From a virus (lineage: Duplodnaviria > Caudoviricetes): 44,807 bases of DNA. Made by a program: the position numbers and the translations under genes. This document shows, piece by piece, positions 35,466 to 43,563 of this stretch. Within the stretch, counting starts at the first letter, position 1. Each line of letters starts with the position of its first letter. The notes beneath the pieces are model-generated. The model did not search any database and was not told the DNA's origin. It saw only the letters and a program-made list of their open reading frames with translations. The DNA lies in the IMG/VR virus record IMGVR_UViG_3300017649_000186, positions 1-44,807 of that record; one strand, written 5' to 3'.

Positions 35466-35825
35466 ATGCTCAAATCTCACATCAAAGACGGATACACCCG
35501 CATCCTGCTCGAAACCCATGACGGGGCAGGGCAGATTGAAATGGTTGATGCCTGTGTGAGCATCGGCGCAACCGACAAGGACATCATCAAGGCCGCCGAC
35601 GGTTACGACACGCAGCGCATTTTGCGCTTCGATGTTCGCACCATGCGCGGCGTCGACATCACGGATGATGTTGCCCGCTCATATGAAGGTCCGTTCGATG
35701 ACGACGCGCCGCAGTGGGTCAAAGACCTCCCAAACTTCCATCTGATCGCCGCTGAGGAAGCCGACGACGAGCGTTCTTACCGCTCTCACGTTCGCGCCTG
35801 CCGCAGCCCGTCAGTGTATCTGTGA
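35466..35825 (+). CDS. Hypothetical early protein
   Basis: AAGGAGG RBS; first gene after PL. Confidence 0.7.
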   Translation: MLKSHIKDGYTRILLETHDGAGQIEMVDACVSIGATDKDIIKAADGYDTQRILRFDVRTMRGVDITDDVARSYEGPFDDDAPQWVKDLPNFHLIAAEEADDERSYRSHVRACRSPSVYL

Positions 35826-35835
35826 GGGCGCGAAC

Positions 35836-36189
35836 ATGAGTGTTTTCTATGACATTCAGAAAGCCGCGGACGAAATGCGGCAACAGCTGTCCAAGATTGA
35901 TCTGACCAACGTCGAAAGCCCGTCTGCTCACGCGCAGCTTCGCGCTTGCGAGGTCAATGTGGCTTTCATGTCTTGGACGCTGAACGAACTGAACCTGGAA
36001 ACCGACCGAGAAGCAATCATTCATGCAGGTGCGTCGATTATTTCCAACTTCATTCGCAGCTTCGAGGAAAATTTCGGCGATGGGACGATGTTCCAGATGC
36101 TCGATATCATCGGAGACAATCTTGCGGGAGATACGCTTGTTGTAGGCGCGGGTGTGACAATCGACTCCGCACAGGGAGGGCGCGCGTAA
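35836..36189 (+). CDS. Hypothetical protein
   Basis: GAGG RBS, 117 aa. Confidence 0.65.
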   Translation: MSVFYDIQKAADEMRQQLSKIDLTNVESPSAHAQLRACEVNVAFMSWTLNELNLETDREAIIHAGASIISNFIRSFEENFGDGTMFQMLDIIGDNLAGDTLVVGAGVTIDSAQGGRA

Positions 36190-36359
36190 TGGCGAAGACC
36201 CTTCAAATCTCCGGCCACACCCGCCGCGCAACGCTGGAAGCCGAAATGCTGGCCAAGGCGAAGGAAGAAACCACGAACGCAATCTGGACCGGCATTCTGG
36301 TCCGCGACGTTGCAATCGCGCTGGCTTCCGAGTTTCCGGGCGAGGTGCGCCATGGATGA
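36189..36359 (+). CDS. Hypothetical protein
   Basis: TAATG coupling; GGAGG RBS. Confidence 0.55.
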   Translation: MAKTLQISGHTRRATLEAEMLAKAKEETTNAIWTGILVRDVAIALASEFPGEVRHG

Positions 36360-36441
36360 CATCCTCATCGATCTTTTCAAGTTTCTCGTGATGGTCACGT
36401 TCTGTTCGGCGGTCATGGTCTGGGCGGAGTATTTCGCATGA
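36352..36441 (+). CDS. Small hydrophobic protein (29 aa)
   Basis: MDDILIDLFKFLVMVTFCSAVMVWAEYFA; GAGG RBS; coupled to neighbours. Confidence 0.5.
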   Translation: MDDILIDLFKFLVMVTFCSAVMVWAEYFA

Positions 36442-36653
36442 TGGATATCTCCGTTCACAGGGTCACCAAAGTCGAGCTTGTCAGCAAGAACGACAGCAAC
36501 AGCCACAGTCGCACAATCCGCATCGTGTCGGAAGACGGTGAACATGAGCTCACGCTGTTTGGCAACACACATTGCGTCGATGTTCTGCCGCGCTCAGACG
36601 ATTTCACCGATTTTACCAAATGGCCGCTTCCGAAAGTGGCTGGGGAAATATGA
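36438..36653 (+). CDS. Hypothetical protein
   Basis: Coupled 71 aa ORF. Confidence 0.55.
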   Translation: MMDISVHRVTKVELVSKNDSNSHSRTIRIVSEDGEHELTLFGNTHCVDVLPRSDDFTDFTKWPLPKVAGEI

Positions 36654-37210
36654 GGCCTAAAATGGCAGGGTTTCGCACGATCACTCACCAAGTGATTAAA
36701 GACACGTTTGATTTTGATGAAGCTACTGGAGCGATAAAGTGGAAGCCGCGCCCTTGCGATCAGTTTTCTTCCGTACGCGCTGCGAATAGTTGGAATTCGC
36801 GATACGCAGGGAAGCGTTGCGCTTGTCTAGATAGTCACGGGTATATCCAGATCAAACTACGTCCTTTCATATTGCGTGGGCACCAAGTTGCGTGGAACTG
36901 GATGACGGGCGAATGGCCTATTGTTGATGTAGATCACATCAATGGCGACCGTTTTGACAATAGATGGACAAACTTGCGGCTGGCGACCAGAAGCGAAAAC
37001 AATAGAAATCGTCATGTCGCCAGAAAAACAAAGCTTCCCATTGGCGTTACTCGTCATAGGTGCGGGAAGTATAGGGCTTATTTAACTATAGGCGGCAGGC
37101 AAATTAGCTTCGGTTATTTTGATGAACTGGCTATGGCTGTGGCTTCCTACAATGAAAAAGCTCCTTGTTACCTTGGCGAATTTTTCAAGGAGTCCGTTAT
37201 CAATGGTTGA
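36650..37210 (+). CDS. HNH homing endonuclease with AP2-like C-terminal domain
   Basis: VDHINGDRFDNRWTNLRLATRSEN; GV...KYRAYL...FGYF. Confidence 0.88.
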   Translation: MRPKMAGFRTITHQVIKDTFDFDEATGAIKWKPRPCDQFSSVRAANSWNSRYAGKRCACLDSHGYIQIKLRPFILRGHQVAWNWMTGEWPIVDVDHINGDRFDNRWTNLRLATRSENNRNRHVARKTKLPIGVTRHRCGKYRAYLTIGGRQISFGYFDELAMAVASYNEKAPCYLGEFFKESVING

Positions 37211-38231
37211 TGTTGTTCTGTTTAATGGAAAGCCGATCAGCAAGCCGGGCCTGTATATCTCGTCGGAAGCTGATTACCACGCGGATCGTCTTTGCCCGAC
37301 GCCGAGCCTGTCGCGTTCGATCGGTCAGAAGTTGCTTGATGAATCCGCGCGCCATGCGTGGACGGCTCACCCACGGCTGAACACAGCGCCGAAGAAGGAA
37401 GAAAAGCAGGAAAAGCGCGCTGAAATCGGATCAGCTGCACATGCCATATTGCTTAGCCAGCCGACGAAAATCGAAATGATCGATGCGCCGACATATCAAA
37501 CGAACGCGGCAAAGGCGGCGCGCATTGCAGCGCACAAAACCGGCGCTATCCCGCTTTTGAAGGAAGATTACGCGCTTCTTATGGACATGATGAATGTCGC
37601 TAAGCGCGAACTGTCAATCCACGAAGATGAGCGCATCCGAGCCTTAGTCACCGGCGAATTGATCGGCGAGTACCACAACGAAATCACTGCATGCTGGCAG
37701 GATGTTGTCGGCGGTCATTGGTGCCGGGCGCGTATCGACCGGCTTGTAATCGAACCGACGCGCATCACTGTGATCGATTACAAGACCACGGAAATGTCAG
37801 CGGCTCCCGACGCTGTGCAGAAGACAATCTATAACAACGAATACGAGTTGCAGGACGGCTTTTACCGTCGCGGACTCCGTCACCTGTTCCCGCAGATCGA
37901 CAAACATGAAATCGCGCTCGACTTCCTGTTTATCGTCCAGGAACAGAAGGCGCCTCACGAAATTACGGTCGCCAAGCTCGACATTCCGGGCCGCCAGATC
38001 GGCGAGAAGAAGGCCAGTGCCGCCGTTCGCATGTGGGATCATCACGTCACCACGAATGAATGGCCGGGCTATCCGAGCAAGACGAAGACGGCAGAAATGC
38101 CGCCGTACACCGAAACCCGCTGGCTTGCCCGCGAGATCGAAGACGAACGGCTCCAAAATCTGCCGAGCGATCCCCTGAACCCATTTGAAGAAGTGCCGTA
38201 TCGGCCAAAGCCGATTGCGTTGCCCTGCTGA
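37203..38231 (+). CDS. RecE/Exonuclease VIII-like PD-(D/E)XK nuclease
   Basis: ADYHAD, GSAAH, RARIDRL...IDYKT and Y.LQ..FY motifs. Confidence 0.8.
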   Translation: MVDVVLFNGKPISKPGLYISSEADYHADRLCPTPSLSRSIGQKLLDESARHAWTAHPRLNTAPKKEEKQEKRAEIGSAAHAILLSQPTKIEMIDAPTYQTNAAKAARIAAHKTGAIPLLKEDYALLMDMMNVAKRELSIHEDERIRALVTGELIGEYHNEITACWQDVVGGHWCRARIDRLVIEPTRITVIDYKTTEMSAAPDAVQKTIYNNEYELQDGFYRRGLRHLFPQIDKHEIALDFLFIVQEQKAPHEITVAKLDIPGRQIGEKKASAAVRMWDHHVTTNEWPGYPSKTKTAEMPPYTETRWLAREIEDERLQNLPSDPLNPFEEVPYRPKPIALPC

Positions 38232-38239
38232 GGTTTACC

Positions 38240-39334
38240 ATGACAAATTTTGAATTCACCGATGCTGTTCGCGATGACACCAGCCTTCTTATTGCAATTG
38301 CTGGCGCGTCGGGCAGCGGGAAAACGTACAGCGCCTTGAAGCTTGCGACTGGTCTGGCGCAGGGCGAGCCGATCTATGGCATCGACACCGAAGCCAAGCG
38401 CATGCTGCACTATGCGAGCGAGTTCAATTTCAAGCACCTCGACATGCGCCCGCCGTTCACGCCCGAAGCCTTTATGCAGGCGATCCAGACCGCCGAGCGG
38501 GCAGGGGCGAAAGTCATCATCGTCGACTCGATGTCGGATGAATATGAAGGCGTCGGCGGCTTGCAGGAAATGCATGACGACGAAGTGGCGCGCTTGGCTC
38601 GCAAGCCCTATGACAATCTCGAAGGCTGGGAAATCGACAAGTTCAACGCGCCGGGCTGGAAGGTTCCTAAGACCCGCCACAAGACGCGCCTTATCTCGCC
38701 GCTCCGTCAGGTTCGCTGTTATGTGATTTTCTGCATGCGCGCCGAGGAAAAGATCAAGTTCGTCAAAATCCGCGACGAACGCACCGGCAAGGAAAAAAAC
38801 GCCATCGAACAGGCTGGCTGGACGCCGGTTTGTGAGAAACGGTTCATGTACGACATGACGATGAGCTTCACCGTCACGCCTGACAATCCGGGTGTGCCTC
38901 TCATCAAAGACGGGCAAGCCGTCTACGGAAAGCTTCAGCGCCAACACCTCGCATTTTTCCCAGAAGGCAAGGCAGTGACCGAGGAATCGGGCCGTCAGCT
39001 TCGCGCTTGGGCACGTGGCGAAACACTTTCGAATGCACCCTCGCGGCCTTCCTCCCCCGCGAGAGCATCGGACGCCGGGGAATCCCCTCCCGCTAACTCA
39101 TCCCCGGCGTCCGTCAACAATCAGATGGTTCTCTTGAACTATCACAATGCACTGGATAAGGCCGTCGACCGCGCTGCATTGGTCGCAGCGCACACGACCT
39201 ACAAGCCGAACTTCGAAGGCCGCTCCGATCACGTGCAGAAAACTGCGCAATTCATTTTTGGCGCGCACCAGGACCGGCTCAAGGGCCTGAGCCATCCCGA
39301 CATTTACGAAGCCATTGAAAAGGTGCCGCTATGA
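38240..39334 (+). CDS. AAA ATPase, Sak4-like single-strand annealing recombinase
   Basis: GASGSGKT, IDTE and IIVDSMS motifs; adjacent to the exonuclease. Confidence 0.78.
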   Translation: MTNFEFTDAVRDDTSLLIAIAGASGSGKTYSALKLATGLAQGEPIYGIDTEAKRMLHYASEFNFKHLDMRPPFTPEAFMQAIQTAERAGAKVIIVDSMSDEYEGVGGLQEMHDDEVARLARKPYDNLEGWEIDKFNAPGWKVPKTRHKTRLISPLRQVRCYVIFCMRAEEKIKFVKIRDERTGKEKNAIEQAGWTPVCEKRFMYDMTMSFTVTPDNPGVPLIKDGQAVYGKLQRQHLAFFPEGKAVTEESGRQLRAWARGETLSNAPSRPSSPARASDAGESPPANSSPASVNNQMVLLNYHNALDKAVDRAALVAAHTTYKPNFEGRSDHVQKTAQFIFGAHQDRLKGLSHPDIYEAIEKVPL

Positions 39335-39543
39335 CCGACCGCCGGAACACATGCGACCTTGGCCAGAACTGCATCTGCAATCGCGACGGTGAGCCTTATT
39401 GCGCTCACCAATACCGCGACCCGGATCGCTTCTCCGTCAAACTCGCTGTCGGAATCCTCATCTCTTGCGTGGCTTTCGTCCTTCTCGGGTGCGGCGTCGT
39501 CGCCTTCCGCTATTGGACCGCAATCTGGAGTGTCCAGCCATGA
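39331..39543 (+). CDS. Small Cys-rich membrane protein
   Basis: Cys cluster plus one TM; ATGA coupling. Confidence 0.55.
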   Translation: MTDRRNTCDLGQNCICNRDGEPYCAHQYRDPDRFSVKLAVGILISCVAFVLLGCGVVAFRYWTAIWSVQP

Positions 39544-40172
39544 CCACCCTACCGGGAGAAGCCGTGAAGGCTATGCCAGAGCGCATTTACGCGAAGGTCC
39601 ACGGCGCAAGCACCGATCTTATCAGCGGTCAGCGCGGTCTGATCGGCGGATGGAATGAACACAAACGCGACGGGCAAGCCGAATACGTCCGCGCCGACCT
39701 CGCCATCCTATCCGCGCTTGAGCCATCCGCAGCGCGTGAGCTGGCGTTGGAGGAAGGCGACCTGCAAGAATTGCTGGAACGCCTTGACGCTGGCCTTGAG
39801 TATGAAGGCTGGATGGAGACGGACGGCGCGCCGGTCGAGCTTTTCGATATCGGAGCTGCACAAGACTTGTTTGCAGATGCTGCCGCCGCCATCCGCGCCC
39901 TATCCTTCACGGACCATGCAGATGCCGGTAAGGTCGAGGGGGATGGGTGGCTGCCGATTGAGAGCGCGCCGAAGGATGGGACAGTCATCGACCTTTGGTC
40001 TGATGAGTATGGACGGCTGACCGACTGCTATTGGGGCGCTCCGATGGCTTACGAAGGCGGCGAAACCGGCTGGGTTCACGCGCACTCCAACGAATGGGCG
40101 GAAAGTCCTGACGAGTTCGTCCACTGGCGTCCGCTGCCTCTCCCTCCCGTCAAAGGAGGCCAAAATGGTTGA
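39540..40172 (+). CDS. DUF551-like / Ea-type early protein
   Basis: WLPIESAPKDGT...HWRPLP C-terminal domain. Confidence 0.7.
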   Translation: MTTLPGEAVKAMPERIYAKVHGASTDLISGQRGLIGGWNEHKRDGQAEYVRADLAILSALEPSAARELALEEGDLQELLERLDAGLEYEGWMETDGAPVELFDIGAAQDLFADAAAAIRALSFTDHADAGKVEGDGWLPIESAPKDGTVIDLWSDEYGRLTDCYWGAPMAYEGGETGWVHAHSNEWAESPDEFVHWRPLPLPPVKGGQNG

Positions 40173-40743
40173 GTTTTGGAAACCTGTGGTCAGGTGGGAA
40201 GGATTATATGAAGTGTCGAACCTTGGGCGTGTTCGGTCCGTTAGCCGTTTGATCAAAAAACAAGACGGATCACTACAGCGCTTTCGCGCGCATCTTCTGA
40301 CGGCTCGAAAGAATGGCACCGGTTACCTTACAGTTAGCCTATCCGATCTCTCGAATGGACGAAAAGCAACGGCTCGCGTTCATCGACTGGTAGCCGAAGC
40401 GTTCATCCCCAATCCTCTGGCTCTCCCAGAGGTGAACCATATCGACAGCGACAGAACAAATGCACGAGTTGATAACTTAGAGTGGGTAACGCCGTCTCAG
40501 AATAGATACCACGGTTATCATTTCGGAGCAGTTAGGCTTCCTCACAGAAAGGGCGAGTTAACTAATTCTGCGAAACTTTCACCACCAAAGGTCATTGAAA
40601 TCAAGGAACTCGCGTTTCGAGGGCTTTCATCCCGTCAGATAGCAAGAAGGTTCGACGTAGATAAGAGCACGGTTTTGCGTGTTCTTCACGGGAGCACTTG
40701 GGCGCATGTGTCCCCCTCTGCACCATCGGAGGGCGCGGAATGA
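40165..40743 (+). CDS. NUMOD4-HNH homing endonuclease
   Basis: WKPVV..EGLYEVSNLGRVRS; VHRLVAEAF...VNHID..RTN..VDNLEWVT. Confidence 0.9.
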   Translation: MVEFWKPVVRWEGLYEVSNLGRVRSVSRLIKKQDGSLQRFRAHLLTARKNGTGYLTVSLSDLSNGRKATARVHRLVAEAFIPNPLALPEVNHIDSDRTNARVDNLEWVTPSQNRYHGYHFGAVRLPHRKGELTNSAKLSPPKVIEIKELAFRGLSSRQIARRFDVDKSTVLRVLHGSTWAHVSPSAPSEGAE

Positions 40744-40931
40744 GCAAGCCCGCGACCGTCAAAGTCACATTTACTAAGGCCGAGCTTTGGGAACTTATGA
40801 ACGGCTTCGGCATGTCATTCCTGCCCAATGAGGAAGGCAACGAACTGGCTAATCAGGTTTCCGAAAAGCTTTCCAAAGCCTACGACAAATTCCGGCTTAG
40901 CCCATCAGGAGGCGACCGCCATGGTGAGTGA
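40740..40931 (+). CDS. Hypothetical protein
   Basis: Coupled ORF MSKPATVKV. Confidence 0.55.
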   Translation: MSKPATVKVTFTKAELWELMNGFGMSFLPNEEGNELANQVSEKLSKAYDKFRLSPSGGDRHGE

Positions 40932-41757
40932 ACTGAAGCCGTGCCCGTTTTGCGGCAGCAATCGCATTGCGTTTCGAAGCACTCCGGACATGGATACAGA
41001 CGGAAAGTTTCATCGCATTTCTTGCAATGAGTGCGGCGCAGGATCGCGGGAAAAGTTCGCAATGGAGACATGCCCGCTTTTCTACGAGGAACTGCGCAAC
41101 GCTTGGAACACCCGCCCCGCGCCTGCCGCTACAGATACGGTATCTAAGGACGACTATAAGTCGGACGGACTGGTGACGGTCAGCCCGAAGGACTACGACT
41201 TTTACGAAGACGGCGAACTCGTCACCCGCTCGCAGGCTGAGGAGCTATTGGCGGCGGAACGGGAAGCGCAGCAACGCCTTCTGGATATCATTGAGGAAGC
41301 CAATGACGATAAAGAAGCCCTCGAAGCCGACAACGCGGCGCTCATCCATGACCTAAACCGTATCAAAGATCATGAAACAGAACTGGTCAATGACAACGCG
41401 GAGAAGGATGCGCGGATTAAGGAACTTGAGACCGAGCTTGAAAACGGCGGGCGCGTGAAGGGGGTGAATACCCAATACGCCAACGCTTTAGCGTATCTGG
41501 AAATGACCGAGGATGACGATCCGGAGGAGTTCGCTAAACGCACATGGGATGAGCGCAAAGCCCTCGAAGCCAAGCTCGCGACTGCTCAAAAGGCGCTGGA
41601 GCCGTTTGCTAAAATACCGGTGTCGACAGTTCCAGAAGGTCGCCTGGGACACGTTCCAGATAAACACCCTTATATGGTTGATCTAGATGGGAATGTTCTG
41701 TTCACCGCCAGTGACATTCGCAAAGCCCGCGCCGTGCTGGAAGGGGAGCCGTCATGA
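40921..41757 (+). CDS. Lar-like (restriction alleviation) Zn-finger domain fused to a coiled coil
   Basis: ELKPCPFCG...CNECGA...AWNTR; coiled-coil C-half. Confidence 0.72.
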   Translation: MVSELKPCPFCGSNRIAFRSTPDMDTDGKFHRISCNECGAGSREKFAMETCPLFYEELRNAWNTRPAPAATDTVSKDDYKSDGLVTVSPKDYDFYEDGELVTRSQAEELLAAEREAQQRLLDIIEEANDDKEALEADNAALIHDLNRIKDHETELVNDNAEKDARIKELETELENGGRVKGVNTQYANALAYLEMTEDDDPEEFAKRTWDERKALEAKLATAQKALEPFAKIPVSTVPEGRLGHVPDKHPYMVDLDGNVLFTASDIRKARAVLEGEPS

Positions 41758-41924
41758 GTGAACCCGTAGTGCCTTGTTCCTGTGCTAGCCAATGCCGCGC
41801 CGTCGAGCTTGAGTTAAGGCTTGAGAAAGCGACAGAATTGCTGCGACAGGCCCGCAAATCCTTGAAACGTGCACCCTATGACCTCTTTGTCGGTATCGAT
41901 AATTTCTTGGAGAAAAACCCATGA
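41754..41924 (+). CDS. Small hypothetical protein
   Basis: MSEPVVPCSCASQC...; ATGA coupling at both ends. Confidence 0.5.
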   Translation: MSEPVVPCSCASQCRAVELELRLEKATELLRQARKSLKRAPYDLFVGIDNFLEKNP

Positions 41925-42058
41925 CCGACCTCATTACCCGCCTCTCCAAGCTAGACGCGCCAACCGGGGCCGATCTCATGCAGCTATGCTGGGCAATAAC
42001 AGAAGAACGCCTCAAGCCAGTTCGCGCCCTCTTGCGCGCAAAGGAGGCCACCCGATGA
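41921..42058 (+). CDS. Small hypothetical protein
   Basis: MTDLITRLSKLDAP...; GGAG RBS; coupled. Confidence 0.5.
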   Translation: MTDLITRLSKLDAPTGADLMQLCWAITEERLKPVRALLRAKEATR

Positions 42059-42177
42059 ACGGTTTCGGATTTATTATGACGCTCTTCGTCATTTGGTTTT
42101 GGTTAAACCCTGACAGTGCTGGAAAGTGGGCTGCAAAAGCTAAACGCGCATTCGTGGAGGCAAGCAATGCCAAGTAA
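42055..42177 (+). CDS. Small membrane protein
   Basis: MNGFGFIMTLFVIWFWLNP; AGGAGG RBS. Confidence 0.5.
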   Translation: MNGFGFIMTLFVIWFWLNPDSAGKWAAKAKRAFVEASNAK

Positions 42178-42430
42178 GGAACTCATCGCTCTAGCTGCGA
42201 ATGCAATGGAAGAACGGCGCAAAGAGCTTATCGCGCAGCCATTGTCACGAATCTATCCGCAATTGGCCGAAGCTGCTGCCGGGGCCATCCTCGCCGCTCT
42301 ACTGGAGCCGACCGGGGCTATGTTAGAAATGTGCGAGAGGGAGGATGCAATAAAATCCTCCTACGTCACATACAGCGATTTTTGGCGCGCCATGCTCGCC
42401 GCCTCCGCACTTGGGGAGCAGAGCGAATGA
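42167..42430 (+). CDS. Hypothetical protein
   Basis: EPTGAML...WRAMLAA; GGAGG RBS. Confidence 0.6.
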   Translation: MPSKELIALAANAMEERRKELIAQPLSRIYPQLAEAAAGAILAALLEPTGAMLEMCEREDAIKSSYVTYSDFWRAMLAASALGEQSE

Positions 42431-42687
42431 AGCTGACACGCGAACAAGCGCAGGCTTTTGTAGACAGCCTGTTCCCTGCCGGAGAATATTGCCATCTTCA
42501 CAACCCGACGCGGACTTACTTTTCTGCGCTGATTGGCGATGTTCCTAGCTCTCGCCCCTATCTCGACAGCGATCCGAACCAAGAGAAGCTTCGCCAGATG
42601 GCGTCATTGCTTCGCGAGATTGCGGATCACATCGAAATCAGCGGAGAGACGGCGCAGCGCCAAGCCCTGAAAGACGGTGGGGAATGA
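42427..42687 (+). CDS. Hypothetical protein
   Basis: Coupled ORF MKLTREQAQ. Confidence 0.55.
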   Translation: MKLTREQAQAFVDSLFPAGEYCHLHNPTRTYFSALIGDVPSSRPYLDSDPNQEKLRQMASLLREIADHIEISGETAQRQALKDGGE

Positions 42688-42920
42688 AGCTGACGGCACA
42701 GGATAGAAAAGTCTTGGCGGCGCTCGACCAGCATTCTGGCGCAAGCTCTTACGCCATAGCTCAAGGGGCTGGGATTAGAACCATGTCGCCGAAAGAAACG
42801 GCTGCCCGTCATCTAATCAAGCTCACAAAGGAAGGCTTGGCCGAGCAGACAGGAACCAGAATGTTCCCGTCATGGCGCATCACCGAAGCAGGCCGCGCCG
42901 CACTGCGGGAAAGGGGGTGA
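42684..42920 (+). CDS. Winged-helix-like small protein
   Basis: LTAQDRKVLAAL...LTKEGLAE...WRITEAGRAAL. Confidence 0.6.
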   Translation: MKLTAQDRKVLAALDQHSGASSYAIAQGAGIRTMSPKETAARHLIKLTKEGLAEQTGTRMFPSWRITEAGRAALRERG

Positions 42921-42925
42921 GGATG

Positions 42926-43195
42926 TCACGTACCGCCCCAGTTGTTGCCGCCAATACCTGCGCGTCTTGTGCAGATGTTGGAATACAGCAGTTGCAGGCG
43001 CTTGCCATCACAGGCCGAGCATTTCAGCTTGGGAGCGAGATCGTTAAACATCGCACCGTGCGCAGGACCAAGCGTATCCGCCAGTGCTTGAATATCAAGT
43101 TCGGCAAATCGCCCACACGAATAACAGTGCGCCGTGATGATCTCACCGCATCGCAGGCAATCGCCCAATGTCGCGTTTGTGTAAGATACCCGCAT
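42926..43195 (-). CDS. Small Zn-ribbon protein, probably SOS-regulated
   Basis: CYSC...CSAC; GGAGG RBS; LexA box upstream; antisense to the early operon. Confidence 0.65.
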   Translation of the reverse strand: MRVSYTNATLGDCLRCGEIITAHCYSCGRFAELDIQALADTLGPAHGAMFNDLAPKLKCSACDGKRLQLLYSNICTRRAGIGGNNWGGT

Positions 43196-43227
43196 GACAG
43201 CCTCCAAGGCTGGCTGTCTTATACCGT

Positions 43228-43242
43228 GAACAATCAGAGAAC
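43228..43242. promoter_or_regulatory. Alphaproteobacterial LexA (SOS) box
   Basis: GAAC-AATCAGA-GAAC, i.e. GTTC-N7-GTTC on the minus strand, next to a TATAAG -10-like element. Confidence 0.72.
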
Positions 43243-43317
43243 AAATCACAATCTGAAACAGGAAGGAGCCGCGATTCGAAACCACGCATTCTGAAATCAA
43301 CTGAATAGGTGTGTGTG

Positions 43318-43563
43318 ATGGCAAAGGCAGAACAGCTTTTCCTCACGGAATCTCAAATCGCCGAGCGCATCGGATTGCCGACAGACAAGTGCAAGACCAT
43401 CCTGAAAACACTGGAGAAGGACGGCTTTCCTATGCCTGACCAGATGTTTGAAGGCCGACGGTACTGGCCAGCCTGCAAGGCATTTCTTGATCAGCGCTAC
43501 AATCTCGGCACAAAATCACCACAGGGCAATCCCGCCCTGGACGGAGAAGAAAAATGGAATTGA
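43318..43563 (+). CDS. xis: Excisionase-like protein
   Basis: LTESQIAERIG...GFP.PD..F..RRYWPA; overlaps the integrase start. Confidence 0.7.
   Translation: MAKAEQLFLTESQIAERIGLPTDKCKTILKTLEKDGFPMPDQMFEGRRYWPACKAFLDQRYNLGTKSPQGNPALDGEEKWN

Noticed and set aside
38069-38947. 292 aa minus-strand ORF
   Set aside because: Antisense shadow of the Sak4-like ATPase gene
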